Positions 28,551-37,649 of a stretch of DNA of 64,000 bases are shown here, piece by piece. Under the pieces are notes generated by a model that made no database searches, was not told the DNA's origin, and worked only from the letters and a program-made list of their open reading frames with translations. The first letter of the stretch is position 1, and each line of letters starts with the position of its first letter. This DNA is from Candidatus Micrarchaeota archaeon (GTDB lineage: Archaea > Micrarchaeota > Micrarchaeia > Micrarchaeales > CABMGC01), in the NCBI GenBank assembly GCA_021817325.1, contig JAKAVK010000014.1, positions 8,678 to 72,677 of the forward strand, in the 5' to 3' direction. The position numbers and the translations under genes are program-made.

Positions 28551-31500
28551 ATGCCAGATCTGAATGCAAGCGAGGAGGAGATACTTGGGTACTGGAAGGA
28601 GCATGGAATAATGGAGATGGTTAGGGAGAAGAACAGAGGCGGCAAGCCTTTCTACTTCCTGGACGGCCCTCCATTCGTGAGCGGCGATCTCCATCCCGGC
28701 CAGATGTGGGTCAAATCGATGAAGGACGTGGAGCTACGATACCGCAGGTTCCGTGGCTTCGATGTATATGACAGGGCCGGATACGATGTACACGGTCTAC
28801 CAATCGAAAAGAAGGTCGAAGCAAAGCTCCAGGTAAGGTCGAAGAAAGAGATAGAGACAAGGATAGGTATAGGCGAGTTCATCAGGAACTGTAAGGAGTA
28901 TGTCAATGCATACATAGGCAGGATGGATGCAGACTACGAGCGCTTCGGCATATCGCTTGATTTCTCAAATCCATACATACCTTCGACAAAGCAGTACATG
29001 GAGACCGAATGGGGCATGCTGAAACGGATATACGAAAAAGGCCTGCTCTATAAGGGTCTGAGGTCGACGCCGTACTGTACAAGTTGCGAAACAGCAGTAT
29101 CCCAGGGGAGTACTGAGGTGGAGTACAGGGACGACGAGGACCCGTCGCTCTATATCGCCTACAAAGTGATACCATCTACGTCGTCGAAAGCGAAATTACG
29201 CGGCGAGATATACCTGTTGATATGGACCACAACGCCCTGGACGCTTCCTGCGAACATGGCTGTTGCGGCAAACCCGAAGGAGCTTTATGCGCTGGCAAAG
29301 ATCGGCAAGCGCAGATACATCATGATGAAGAGCAGGCTTGACGATATCTCAAAGATGCTTGGAGAGAGCGCGATAGTAGAAGGCGAGTTCTATGGCAGCG
29401 AGCTGCAGGGGCTGGGGTATGTTTCCCCGCTTGAAGGCAAGATTCCAAAACAGAAGGAATTCGGAGCATACCATAAAATAGTTCTTGCCGAAGAACTTGT
29501 AAGTAAGGGAGAGGGAAGCGGACTTGTGCACATCGCTCCGGGGCACGGCCTCGAAGACTATCTTGTCGGGAAGAGGTATGGCATACCAATATTCTCACCC
29601 ATAGATCAACATGGCGACTATACGCATGATGCCGGTGAGTACAATGGATTGCATGTGCCAGGAGAGGCCAACGAGCGCGTCATTACAGATCTGGAAGCGC
29701 TCGGCGCCGTAGTGTATCTGTCAAAACTGAGGCACAGCTATCCGCACTGCTGGAGATGCGATACGAAGCTAATCTTCATGGCAACAAGACAATGGTTCGT
29801 CAACATACAGAAGGTGAAGAAGAAGATACTCTCAGAGAACAGCAAGGTCTCCTGGCATCCTGTGGAAGCGCAGAGGTGGGAAGAGGAGGTGCTGCAAGGA
29901 TCCCCTGACTGGACCATCTCCAGGCAGAGATATTGGGGGGTGCCAATGCCGATCTGGGAGTGCGGGTGCGGCGAGATAACCGTGATAGGAAGCTTAGGCG
30001 AGCTGCGCGGGCTTGCGACTGACGGTGCCGCTGTAGATGCGCTCTCAGATATACACAGGCCTCATATCGACGGCATAAAGGTGCGCTGCAGAAAATGCGG
30101 CAGTGAAGTATCCAGGGTGAAGGACGTCCTGGACGTCTGGTTCGATTCTGGAGTCGCATACAGGGCTAGCCTCACATCTGAGCAGTTCGAAAAGCTCTTC
30201 CCAATGGATTTCATACTGGAAGGCGTGGATCAGCTCAGGGCATGGTTCTCCTACCAGATAAAGGTCAGTGTCATTGTAAATGGGAAGAGGCCTTTTGACA
30301 ACGTAGTTACGCATGGCATGATGCTCGGTCAGGACGGGGGGGAGATGCACAAGAAGCTTGGCAACTACGTGCCACTTCCGGAATTGATGAAGACTACAAC
30401 AGCGGACTCGTTCAGGCTCTGGTGTACCTCGCATGCGCCGCAGCTTGACCTGTATTTCAATACTGAGAAGATTAACGAGGCAAACAAGACGGTGAAGCTG
30501 CTATACAATATCTCAAACCTCTACAGTGAGTATTCGGATGCCGCAAGCTACAAGCCTGGAAAGGTAAAAAGGGCCTGGGATCCCTCCTCCCTGCCCCTTG
30601 AGGACGCGTGGATACTCTCGAGGATGAACAGCTGCATAAGGTCAGTGACACAGAGCCTTGACAATTACGAGATATACAAGGGAGCTGCTGCGATAAGGAA
30701 CTTTGTCACCGAGGATTTCAGCAGGATCTATCTGAGGATGGCAAAGAAGAGGATACTCTACTCGAATAGGCGGGCCGCCAAGGCTACGCTTGGGATCATC
30801 AATTACCTTCTTTTCAACACCCTAATACTGCTGGCCCCTTACATGCCCTTCTCAACAGAGAAGGTCTATCTTGATAATTATGCAAAGAAGAGTGTATTCC
30901 TCGAGGATTGGCCCAGATTCAACACAAAGCTGATCAACGCTGATGCAGAGAAGGATTTTGCCATAGCCATGGATGCGATAACTGCAATACTATACAGCAG
31001 GGAGAAGGAGAACCTCAAGCTGAGGCAGCCCCTCACGAAGGCCACTGTGGAGACGACAGATGATTCCGCTCTCGCCGCGCTGCAACGACTCGCGTATGTG
31101 ATAGAGGACTATACAAACATCAAGCATCTCGAAGTGAGAAAGGCGCAGTCGCTCAACGCTGAGATCAAACCAAACTTCGGAAGGATAGGCCCCGACTTCA
31201 AGGACAAGGCAGCCGCCGTGGCCCAGGCGCTAAGAGCCTGCGATGCAAACAAGATGCTCGAAGAGATAGACAGGAATGGGTACTACCAATTGCATACGGA
31301 CATGGGCGCGGTGCAGGTGACGCAGGATCATTTTACCGTGATAAAGAGGCTTCAGAACGAGGATGCAGTGCAGTTCAGGCACGGTGTTGCGTACATAGAC
31401 CGGGAGATCAGCAGGGAGCTGCGTGATGAGGCCATAATAAGGGAGTTTGAGAGGGCCGTGCAGGTTGCAAGGAAGGAGTTGCAGCTTAAGAAGATAGACA

Positions 31501-31679
31501 GGATAGCGCTTCATTACCTGGCAGGCAAGGACATAACAGACGTGATAAGCGCAAATGCAAGGAACGTCAAGAAGGCGGTGAACGCAAAGGAGATAAGGGG
31601 TGCGATAGAGCCTGGCTCCGAGGCCAAGGAATTTGACATAAACGGGAGCGGCGTAAGGATATCGATAAGAAAGCTCTGA
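28551..31679 (+). CDS. ileS: Isoleucyl-tRNA synthetase with variant HIGH/KMSKS motifs
   Basis: FLDGPPF, GYDVHGLPIE, WTTTPWTLPAN, GSGLVHIAPGHG, DWTISRQRYWG, DVWFDSG, EGVDQLRAWF; HIGH reads HPGQ, KMSKS reads EMHKK. Confidence 0.95.
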   Translation: MPDLNASEEEILGYWKEHGIMEMVREKNRGGKPFYFLDGPPFVSGDLHPGQMWVKSMKDVELRYRRFRGFDVYDRAGYDVHGLPIEKKVEAKLQVRSKKEIETRIGIGEFIRNCKEYVNAYIGRMDADYERFGISLDFSNPYIPSTKQYMETEWGMLKRIYEKGLLYKGLRSTPYCTSCETAVSQGSTEVEYRDDEDPSLYIAYKVIPSTSSKAKLRGEIYLLIWTTTPWTLPANMAVAANPKELYALAKIGKRRYIMMKSRLDDISKMLGESAIVEGEFYGSELQGLGYVSPLEGKIPKQKEFGAYHKIVLAEELVSKGEGSGLVHIAPGHGLEDYLVGKRYGIPIFSPIDQHGDYTHDAGEYNGLHVPGEANERVITDLEALGAVVYLSKLRHSYPHCWRCDTKLIFMATRQWFVNIQKVKKKILSENSKVSWHPVEAQRWEEEVLQGSPDWTISRQRYWGVPMPIWECGCGEITVIGSLGELRGLATDGAAVDALSDIHRPHIDGIKVRCRKCGSEVSRVKDVLDVWFDSGVAYRASLTSEQFEKLFPMDFILEGVDQLRAWFSYQIKVSVIVNGKRPFDNVVTHGMMLGQDGGEMHKKLGNYVPLPELMKTTTADSFRLWCTSHAPQLDLYFNTEKINEANKTVKLLYNISNLYSEYSDAASYKPGKVKRAWDPSSLPLEDAWILSRMNSCIRSVTQSLDNYEIYKGAAAIRNFVTEDFSRIYLRMAKKRILYSNRRAAKATLGIINYLLFNTLILLAPYMPFSTEKVYLDNYAKKSVFLEDWPRFNTKLINADAEKDFAIAMDAITAILYSREKENLKLRQPLTKATVETTDDSALAALQRLAYVIEDYTNIKHLEVRKAQSLNAEIKPNFGRIGPDFKDKAAAVAQALRACDANKMLEEIDRNGYYQLHTDMGAVQVTQDHFTVIKRLQNEDAVQFRHGVAYIDREISRELRDEAIIREFERAVQVARKELQLKKIDRIALHYLAGKDITDVISANARNVKKAVNAKEIRGAIEPGSEAKEFDINGSGVRISIRKL

Positions 31680-31874
31680 TTAGGAAGTGGCTACATTCAT
31701 GCTTTTGAATACATTTCTGGCAGGCATCTTTGACCAGCAGTCCTTGCAGATTACTATCCTCATAGTCTTGCTGACGCGCCTTGAACTCTTGACGCAGTCG
31801 AAGCATATCTTCCTCCTGCAGGATCTGCAGACCTCATTCTTGAAGATGTCCGCGCTACATCTCTCGCATAGCAT
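31680..31874 (-). CDS. Small Cys-rich zinc-finger protein (4 CxxC)
   Basis: CERC, CRSC, CFDC, CKDC in 64 aa. Confidence 0.7.
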   Translation of the reverse strand: MLCERCSADIFKNEVCRSCRRKICFDCVKSSRRVSKTMRIVICKDCWSKMPARNVFKSMNVATS

Positions 31875-32093
31875 AGCATCACAGTTGTCTATTACTCTGT
31901 ATTAGAGTGTACCAACTATAATAAAAGGGTAACGTTTGCCTGGCTCTTGCAATACCACAGCATAACCATTATAAGCAAATATACTGATTAGTAAAGCATA
32001 GCATAAAGGATAGCCGGTTAAACTCTGGTTTTTAAGGTAAACCTGGGGGTTCGCCATTCTAACTTGGCATGTCCATATGCGCTTGTGATTCCG

Positions 32094-32906
32094 ATGATTA
32101 CTAACAGCAAAGCCAGGAAGGTTCCTACAACTGCTGCAAACGCTGACGGCTTGGCAAATTTGCTCAGGCCGACCATTGGCATGGCGGTTTTTGCCGCTGG
32201 TCTTGGCACGAGAATGCGGGAAGAAACAAGGGATCTGATACCAAAGCCACTTGTGTCTGTTGGCGGCAAGGAACTCATTCGCCATAATCTGGATCTGGTG
32301 CCCCCCGCGGTCACCGCAGTGGCCTTAATTATTGGCCATCATTCGGATATGATGAAGGAATGGGCAGATCAGCTGAGCATGCCGTACAAAGTACTTACTA
32401 TAATGGCTGCAGACAAGAATATGGCAGATATGACAGCCCAGGCTGCGGCGGTACTGCGCGCTGACCACTTAATCATTGCTAACGGGGACGAGGTAATATT
32501 GAACTTCTCTTTAGAGAGCGCCATAAATCAGCATCTTGACAGGGGCGCAATTGCAACAACTGTAATGACATCCCCTTCCAATGCATTTGGGGGAAGTGCA
32601 TTGTTTCATGTTCTCGGAGAACGCGGCAGCGTGGAGCGCGCAGAGTTTCCAGACAACGTTTCAAAAAAGGAATTGAGTTCGGAAGGATGGCTTCAGAATG
32701 CGGGAATCACAATACTCAGAAAAGACGCAATCAGACTGCTAGGATCACAGCAGGATTGGTACGGTGCGATACACTTTCCACTTGTCAATGCAGGCGTGCA
32801 AGAAGCATACATAGACAGGAATATAGTCTATTTCAACATAAACTCGCCCAGTAACATAAGGCAGTTCAACGATTATGTGTCAGGGCGCAAACCAGAGCGT
32901 CTATAG
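32094..32906 (+). CDS. Sugar-phosphate nucleotidyltransferase (NTP_transferase family)
   Basis: FAAGLGTRM...PKPLVSVGGKELI, NGDE, NAGITIL, FNINSP. Confidence 0.85.
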   Translation: MITNSKARKVPTTAANADGLANLLRPTIGMAVFAAGLGTRMREETRDLIPKPLVSVGGKELIRHNLDLVPPAVTAVALIIGHHSDMMKEWADQLSMPYKVLTIMAADKNMADMTAQAAAVLRADHLIIANGDEVILNFSLESAINQHLDRGAIATTVMTSPSNAFGGSALFHVLGERGSVERAEFPDNVSKKELSSEGWLQNAGITILRKDAIRLLGSQQDWYGAIHFPLVNAGVQEAYIDRNIVYFNINSPSNIRQFNDYVSGRKPERL

Positions 32907-32916
32907 TGGTTTTAAG

Positions 32917-33507
32917 ATGAATTGGGAAAAAAGCCTTAAAGTGCAGGCAAGGGCGTTCGAAACTGTATTGGGCAACAGGTCAATCAAAACGCAAGTGAAG
33001 CGATTGATAAGCATAAGCAAGAATACCACCGGGTTCCATTACTTTACCGGTGTTGGAAAAAACAGTTTTATAGCGCAGAAGATTGCCGCTACATATAACT
33101 CCCTTGGGATAAGGAGCATGTTTATGGATCCTGGGAATGCGCTGCACGGAGACATGAATATGTTTACGAAGGACGATGTGGTCATTGCGATATCAAAGAG
33201 CGGCGAGACCAGCGAACTTATAACATTCGAGAAGGCGCTGATAAGGATCAGCCCTAGGTCAACACGCGTAGCGATAACCTCTGCAAGTGGGTCTACGCTC
33301 TCAAAACTGTCCAACTGCACAGTAACGCTGCCAGTAGCACACGAGGGCGACCATCTGAATCTGGCTCCGATGTCCTCTACACTGGTGTACATGGGAGTCT
33401 TGCAAGCAATAGCTGTCGATTTAAGTTCCAGCAAGAAATTCTCGAAATACGATTTTATGAGGTCGCATCCTGGCGGCAGCATCGGAGAACGCGGATTTAC
33501 TCCCTGA
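32917..33507 (+). CDS. SIS-domain sugar-phosphate isomerase, KdsD/GutQ-like without CBS domains
   Basis: TGVGKNSFIAQKIAAT, ALHGDM, AISKSGETSE, NLAPMSST, RSHPGGSIG. Confidence 0.88.
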   Translation: MNWEKSLKVQARAFETVLGNRSIKTQVKRLISISKNTTGFHYFTGVGKNSFIAQKIAATYNSLGIRSMFMDPGNALHGDMNMFTKDDVVIAISKSGETSELITFEKALIRISPRSTRVAITSASGSTLSKLSNCTVTLPVAHEGDHLNLAPMSSTLVYMGVLQAIAVDLSSSKKFSKYDFMRSHPGGSIGERGFTP

Positions 33508-33529
33508 CTAGGTTTCAATCAGATGAATC

Positions 33530-34489
33530 ATGAGCTCTGGGATTTCTATGCTGGGCGCGCCTAATGGCTCTTTGGCATCAAGTTCGATAAACGAGATACT
33601 GATGACAAATAAGTATGTGACCAAACGCCTGGTAAACAAGGATTATGCAAAACAATTCGGCTATGAGGTTGGATGGTACAGGTTCGTCGAACAGCATGGT
33701 TATCCGAACATACCCAGAGTATTTGCATATAATCCGTTGAAAATGGAAAGAATACGCGGCATGCATCCTAATGCGATGAAGGAGTCATCCCCGCGCAAGA
33801 CAGAAATAATGAATAATATACTTGATGCGATAGAGCTGTTGCACAGTATCGGCAGCGCGCCGGCGTGCATAGAAGACATGAAAGAGGTTTACTTATACAA
33901 AACAATAGATAGAATGAGGAGAATAAAAAAGTCAATTCCAGCTCACAACGCCTCCAACTATACGGTAAACGGGAGGAGGGTAAAAAACCTGCTGAACCCG
34001 CATCATACCGGTATGATAAGCAGGCTATTCCGATGTATACGGGTGCCAAAGAGGTTTACTGTAATACATGGTGATCCGACTTTTTCGAATACGCTTATAG
34101 ACAGTGCATTGCGGGTATTCTTTATCGACCCCAGGGGGTATTTTGGTGGCTCGCGGGTATATGGTGATCCATTATACGATTATGCCAAACTCTTCTATTC
34201 CATCTCAGGTAGCTACGATGAATTCAATGAGCGCAGGTTCAAACTTGATATCGACAGCTCAGAGGTGGGAATCTCGATAAATAAGTCCGGATGGGAAAAC
34301 ATGGTCGGGGCTTATGAATCAAGGATCGGAGGGGACATATCATCGATACAATTACTCCAACCCCTAATCTGGCTTTCCCTCGCCGGCTCTGGTAAGCACG
34401 CCGCAGACAACGAGGCATCAATCAGGGCAGCATTCTTCCATGGGTTAGAGTTGTTCGATCAGGCATACGAGCAAGCAGGGCTCTCCTAA
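33530..34489 (+). CDS. APH/choline-kinase-like phosphotransferase
   Basis: EVGWY, IHGDPTFSN (Brenner-type motif), FIDPRGYFG, YGDPLYDYAKL, IWLSL. Confidence 0.8.
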   Translation: MSSGISMLGAPNGSLASSSINEILMTNKYVTKRLVNKDYAKQFGYEVGWYRFVEQHGYPNIPRVFAYNPLKMERIRGMHPNAMKESSPRKTEIMNNILDAIELLHSIGSAPACIEDMKEVYLYKTIDRMRRIKKSIPAHNASNYTVNGRRVKNLLNPHHTGMISRLFRCIRVPKRFTVIHGDPTFSNTLIDSALRVFFIDPRGYFGGSRVYGDPLYDYAKLFYSISGSYDEFNERRFKLDIDSSEVGISINKSGWENMVGAYESRIGGDISSIQLLQPLIWLSLAGSGKHAADNEASIRAAFFHGLELFDQAYEQAGLS

Positions 34490-35043
34490 AACAAGACCCC
34501 GGCCACGGCCAGGGCACCCAACGTCGCCGTGCTCTCGATCTGATCATCAAGTATCATCCTCTTAAGCTGGGCCTTTGTAACAAACTTCATTCCAGTAATG
34601 CCCTCCGTTTCTTCCAGATGCGCCTCTCCGCGGTTCCCTATATCGGTAACTAGGACAATGTATCCGGTGTGCGTGTCAGTGGAGCCGTAGTCTGACATGG
34701 TGCCAATTAATTTAAATGTGCCCTTGCGAAACCCTGTCTCTTCAGCCAATTCCCTCTTCGCAGCTTCAACAGGACTCTCTTTGCCGTCTATAAAGCCGCC
34801 GCATGTCTCCCATAAGTACTTGCCCTGCGCGTGCCTGTATTCCCGCATTAGGAGTACCCTGCCTCTCTTGTCCACAGGTACCATCTTCACATAGCTCGGC
34901 TTCTCCACCACGCTGTAGTCTTTTATTTCCTTCCCGTTCGGTAGGGCCACGTGATCGAGGTACACCTTCACTATCCTGGTCTTGCATATGAGCTTCCTGC
35001 TGATTCTCCTCCATTTTCTCTCCTGCAACAGATCACCTGCCAA
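34486..35043 (-). CDS. NUDIX hydrolase, ADP-ribose pyrophosphatase-like
   Basis: Nudix box GGFIDGKESPVEAAKRELAEETG; REYRH and HLEETE match NudF-like proteins. Confidence 0.85.
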   Translation of the reverse strand: MAGDLLQERKWRRISRKLICKTRIVKVYLDHVALPNGKEIKDYSVVEKPSYVKMVPVDKRGRVLLMREYRHAQGKYLWETCGGFIDGKESPVEAAKRELAEETGFRKGTFKLIGTMSDYGSTDTHTGYIVLVTDIGNRGEAHLEETEGITGMKFVTKAQLKRMILDDQIESTATLGALAVAGVLF

Positions 35044-35257
35044 TTCTATGCATTGTAAGTTTATATGCGCGTACCATTAAGATAGCAGAGGCCCGTCCAG
35101 TCCGGCCTGACCGGCTGGTCTTGTTTTATGGGCCCAAAAACCCTGTCATCCTATATATAAGCATGACAGGGGCACCAAGAATCATAATAGCAAGCTTCCT
35201 TGATGAAATTGGTAATAATTGATACCATTAAATAAGAGAACAGGCAGGAAGTAAATA

Positions 35258-35890
35258 GTGAAAAACATGGCGTTCAGGGGCAAGGCGATCAGTGAAGTAG
35301 GCAAGCAAGACGCACTGGAGCATGCGCACAGGCCTGCAAACTCCCACAGTACGGCAAGGAACGCGTTAAGCATCGCGACTGCATCGGCGCTGACTATAGG
35401 GGGCAGTTTCGCGGTGGGTATGACGGGCTATTTGGCATTCGAATCAGCAGGGATAAAAGTCTGGCCCGCGCATGCCGGACGTGTAGCCGCCGCAGTTGCG
35501 AGCGAGACCACAGTACGCAATAGCCATGCGCAGGCAAGTAGCGTGCCTGTGCGAAATGTATCGGCCGGTCAGGTAAATGCCCGTATGAGAACCTATGAGA
35601 CTGCGATTAGGCCTATTCAGCAGACAGGTACTGGGCAGACCACCGCCACGCCGATTGTGATAAGGAGATATCCGGTTGCCGTTGGCAATGAGAATATGCA
35701 TGCACAGATCGACGTAGTACGCGTAGGGACGGCGGGAGGGGCGTCTCTGTGCAAGGATATAACAGTCAGCGCGAACAATGCAACAACAACCACGCTTATA
35801 AACAGCGAGCACAACAGAGACGCAGAGATAACCTCATGCGCACTGGCCATCCGGATGGCAATGAGGGATGCAGGCCTTGCGCGCGGTTGA
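35258..35890 (+). CDS. Hypothetical secreted/membrane-anchored protein
   Basis: N-terminal hydrophobic segment, T-rich linker, two Cys in the C-terminal part. Confidence 0.6.
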   Translation: MKNMAFRGKAISEVGKQDALEHAHRPANSHSTARNALSIATASALTIGGSFAVGMTGYLAFESAGIKVWPAHAGRVAAAVASETTVRNSHAQASSVPVRNVSAGQVNARMRTYETAIRPIQQTGTGQTTATPIVIRRYPVAVGNENMHAQIDVVRVGTAGGASLCKDITVSANNATTTTLINSEHNRDAEITSCALAIRMAMRDAGLARG

Positions 35891-36006
35891 TATGCCTTTC
35901 GGATCCAGTGTCCAATGCAGGAGTCCAATATCCCGCGTCCGATGTGCCGCAGGCAGGCTGCAGCCTCGAAGGTGGAAGGTGCATGATTAATTAGGAGTTA
36001 AGGTGT

Positions 36007-36816
36007 TTGCAAACGGAGCTGCGATTCAATGACAGAGGAATATCGATTAAGGGGCACGGTTATGCGACAGGGTTAATGGATCTTGCGCGCGAGGCCGCAA
36101 GGGATGGATACCCTGAAGAGGCAAGGAGGCTGTATTCCGATGCTGCTGATGTTTACCTGCGATTCGGGCCTCTTGGCTCAGCGCGTTCCGCGCTGGAGAA
36201 GGCCGGCCGGCGCAGGGAGGCAAACCGCATAAGCGAGTTCCTGAAGACCTCGATGGACGGCTATTTGCTCAATGAAATGAGAATGCTGGAAAGAAAAGTC
36301 AGAAAGCTGCCTGAGAAGCGGCAGAGCAAGAGCCCGTGGATATTCAGCAACTGGCTACAAGGCGCATCGCATAGCTGGTCTTATTTCTTCGGCAATCAAA
36401 GCGATGCAAGCGGCGCAAGGATAAGCGAGCATGCTGCCTCGCGCGCAAGCGAGGCTTTCATAGACGCGGTAACGGCGCAGCGTGCCGGAAAGGAGGACGA
36501 AGCGAGAATGCACTACTCGAATGCGGCAGACGCGTACCTAAAAGAGGGTCTTCTTGTGGACATGCTGAATTCGCTTTACAAAGGCGGCAGAGAAGAAGAG
36601 GCCCGCGCGCTCAAGAAGCGCATGCTTGCGCAGCTGGCGGATCTCGAAAGGCGGAAGGCGCTCTCTCTGACCCAGCGTGTGCAGGCCATGCCGGATTGGT
36701 CATGGCAAAAAGACCCGATAATGAGGCTGGTCAACGGAATCCTGCGGGATCGCCCAGTAGCAAGGGGCAGCGCAGAGCCACAAGGAGGGTGCGGGCAGAT
36801 CCTAGCGAGGGGCTAA
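36007..36816 (+). CDS. Hypothetical protein with a duplicated TPR/SNAP-like helical module
   Basis: Two internal repeats: AARDGYPEEARRLYSDAADVYLRFG...AGRRREANR and AQRAGKEDEARMHYSNAADAYLKEG...GGREEEARA. Confidence 0.65.
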   Translation: MQTELRFNDRGISIKGHGYATGLMDLAREAARDGYPEEARRLYSDAADVYLRFGPLGSARSALEKAGRRREANRISEFLKTSMDGYLLNEMRMLERKVRKLPEKRQSKSPWIFSNWLQGASHSWSYFFGNQSDASGARISEHAASRASEAFIDAVTAQRAGKEDEARMHYSNAADAYLKEGLLVDMLNSLYKGGREEEARALKKRMLAQLADLERRKALSLTQRVQAMPDWSWQKDPIMRLVNGILRDRPVARGSAEPQGGCGQILARG

Positions 36817-36819
36817 TCC

Positions 36820-37599
36820 ATGCGAGAACGACAACCAAGAAACAGGCCGCTGCCGACAGAGCTTATAACAGGGATGCTTGAGAGGGGAATCAGCGACGCG
36901 ATAGCCGTGCATGGCGCATGCACCCAAGCCGCGCTGGACTTCTTCGTGACAGGCGTTGTAAGAAGAAGCGGCCCTGACATACCGCATCCTGGCAGAATAT
37001 ACCTGATGCCCCTTATCTTTGACCAGGATTTCAAGGAGCTCCTAAGGGAGCGAATGGCAAGATACGTGGTAGAGCATCCGACCAGGCTGATGCGGGATAT
37101 GGACCAAGAGATGCGACGGAAACTCGATTCAGGAAGCCATATAGAGATGAGCGAATATGACGCCCTGATGCCTTCTGCACACTGGTCCATCACAAAGGCT
37201 ATGGCATATGCGGCTGACTCGGAGTCGGAATTCGATTACAGGATGCTGCTGCAAACTCATGGCGTACCCTACGGGCGCATCAGCAGGTATGCACCTGAAG
37301 TAGATAGGCCACAGGATATACCAATACCTGCAGATCTGGGCCTGGCTCAATCAACAGCGCGCGAGATACAGGCGTTCCTGTACAATTCGCAAAAAGAGAA
37401 TCCATACAACATGCAAAGGGGCGTGCTCATAGCCGCCGGCAGGAAACTGATGAAGCTTGGCATAGAGATAGATCCAGAGGAATCTGAGTCGATAGTTGTA
37501 AGGACATCGGGGCTTACAGCAGAATATGTGAGCGGCATAGTGCCGCTGGGCAGGGAGAGCAACGAGGCAATAATGCGGTATCTTGCAAGCAGGAGATGA
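36820..37599 (+). CDS. Hypothetical protein, putative ADP-ribosyltransferase fold (H-Y-E type)
   Basis: Ordered motifs AVHGA, GRIYL, KAMAYA, GVLI, ESESIVV; fold call is inference only. Confidence 0.45.
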   Translation: MRERQPRNRPLPTELITGMLERGISDAIAVHGACTQAALDFFVTGVVRRSGPDIPHPGRIYLMPLIFDQDFKELLRERMARYVVEHPTRLMRDMDQEMRRKLDSGSHIEMSEYDALMPSAHWSITKAMAYAADSESEFDYRMLLQTHGVPYGRISRYAPEVDRPQDIPIPADLGLAQSTAREIQAFLYNSQKENPYNMQRGVLIAAGRKLMKLGIEIDPEESESIVVRTSGLTAEYVSGIVPLGRESNEAIMRYLASRR

Positions 37600-37649
37600 G
37601 AGGAAATCTTTATTAAGAATGGAAAACTGATTTATAAGTTGTAGATTAC

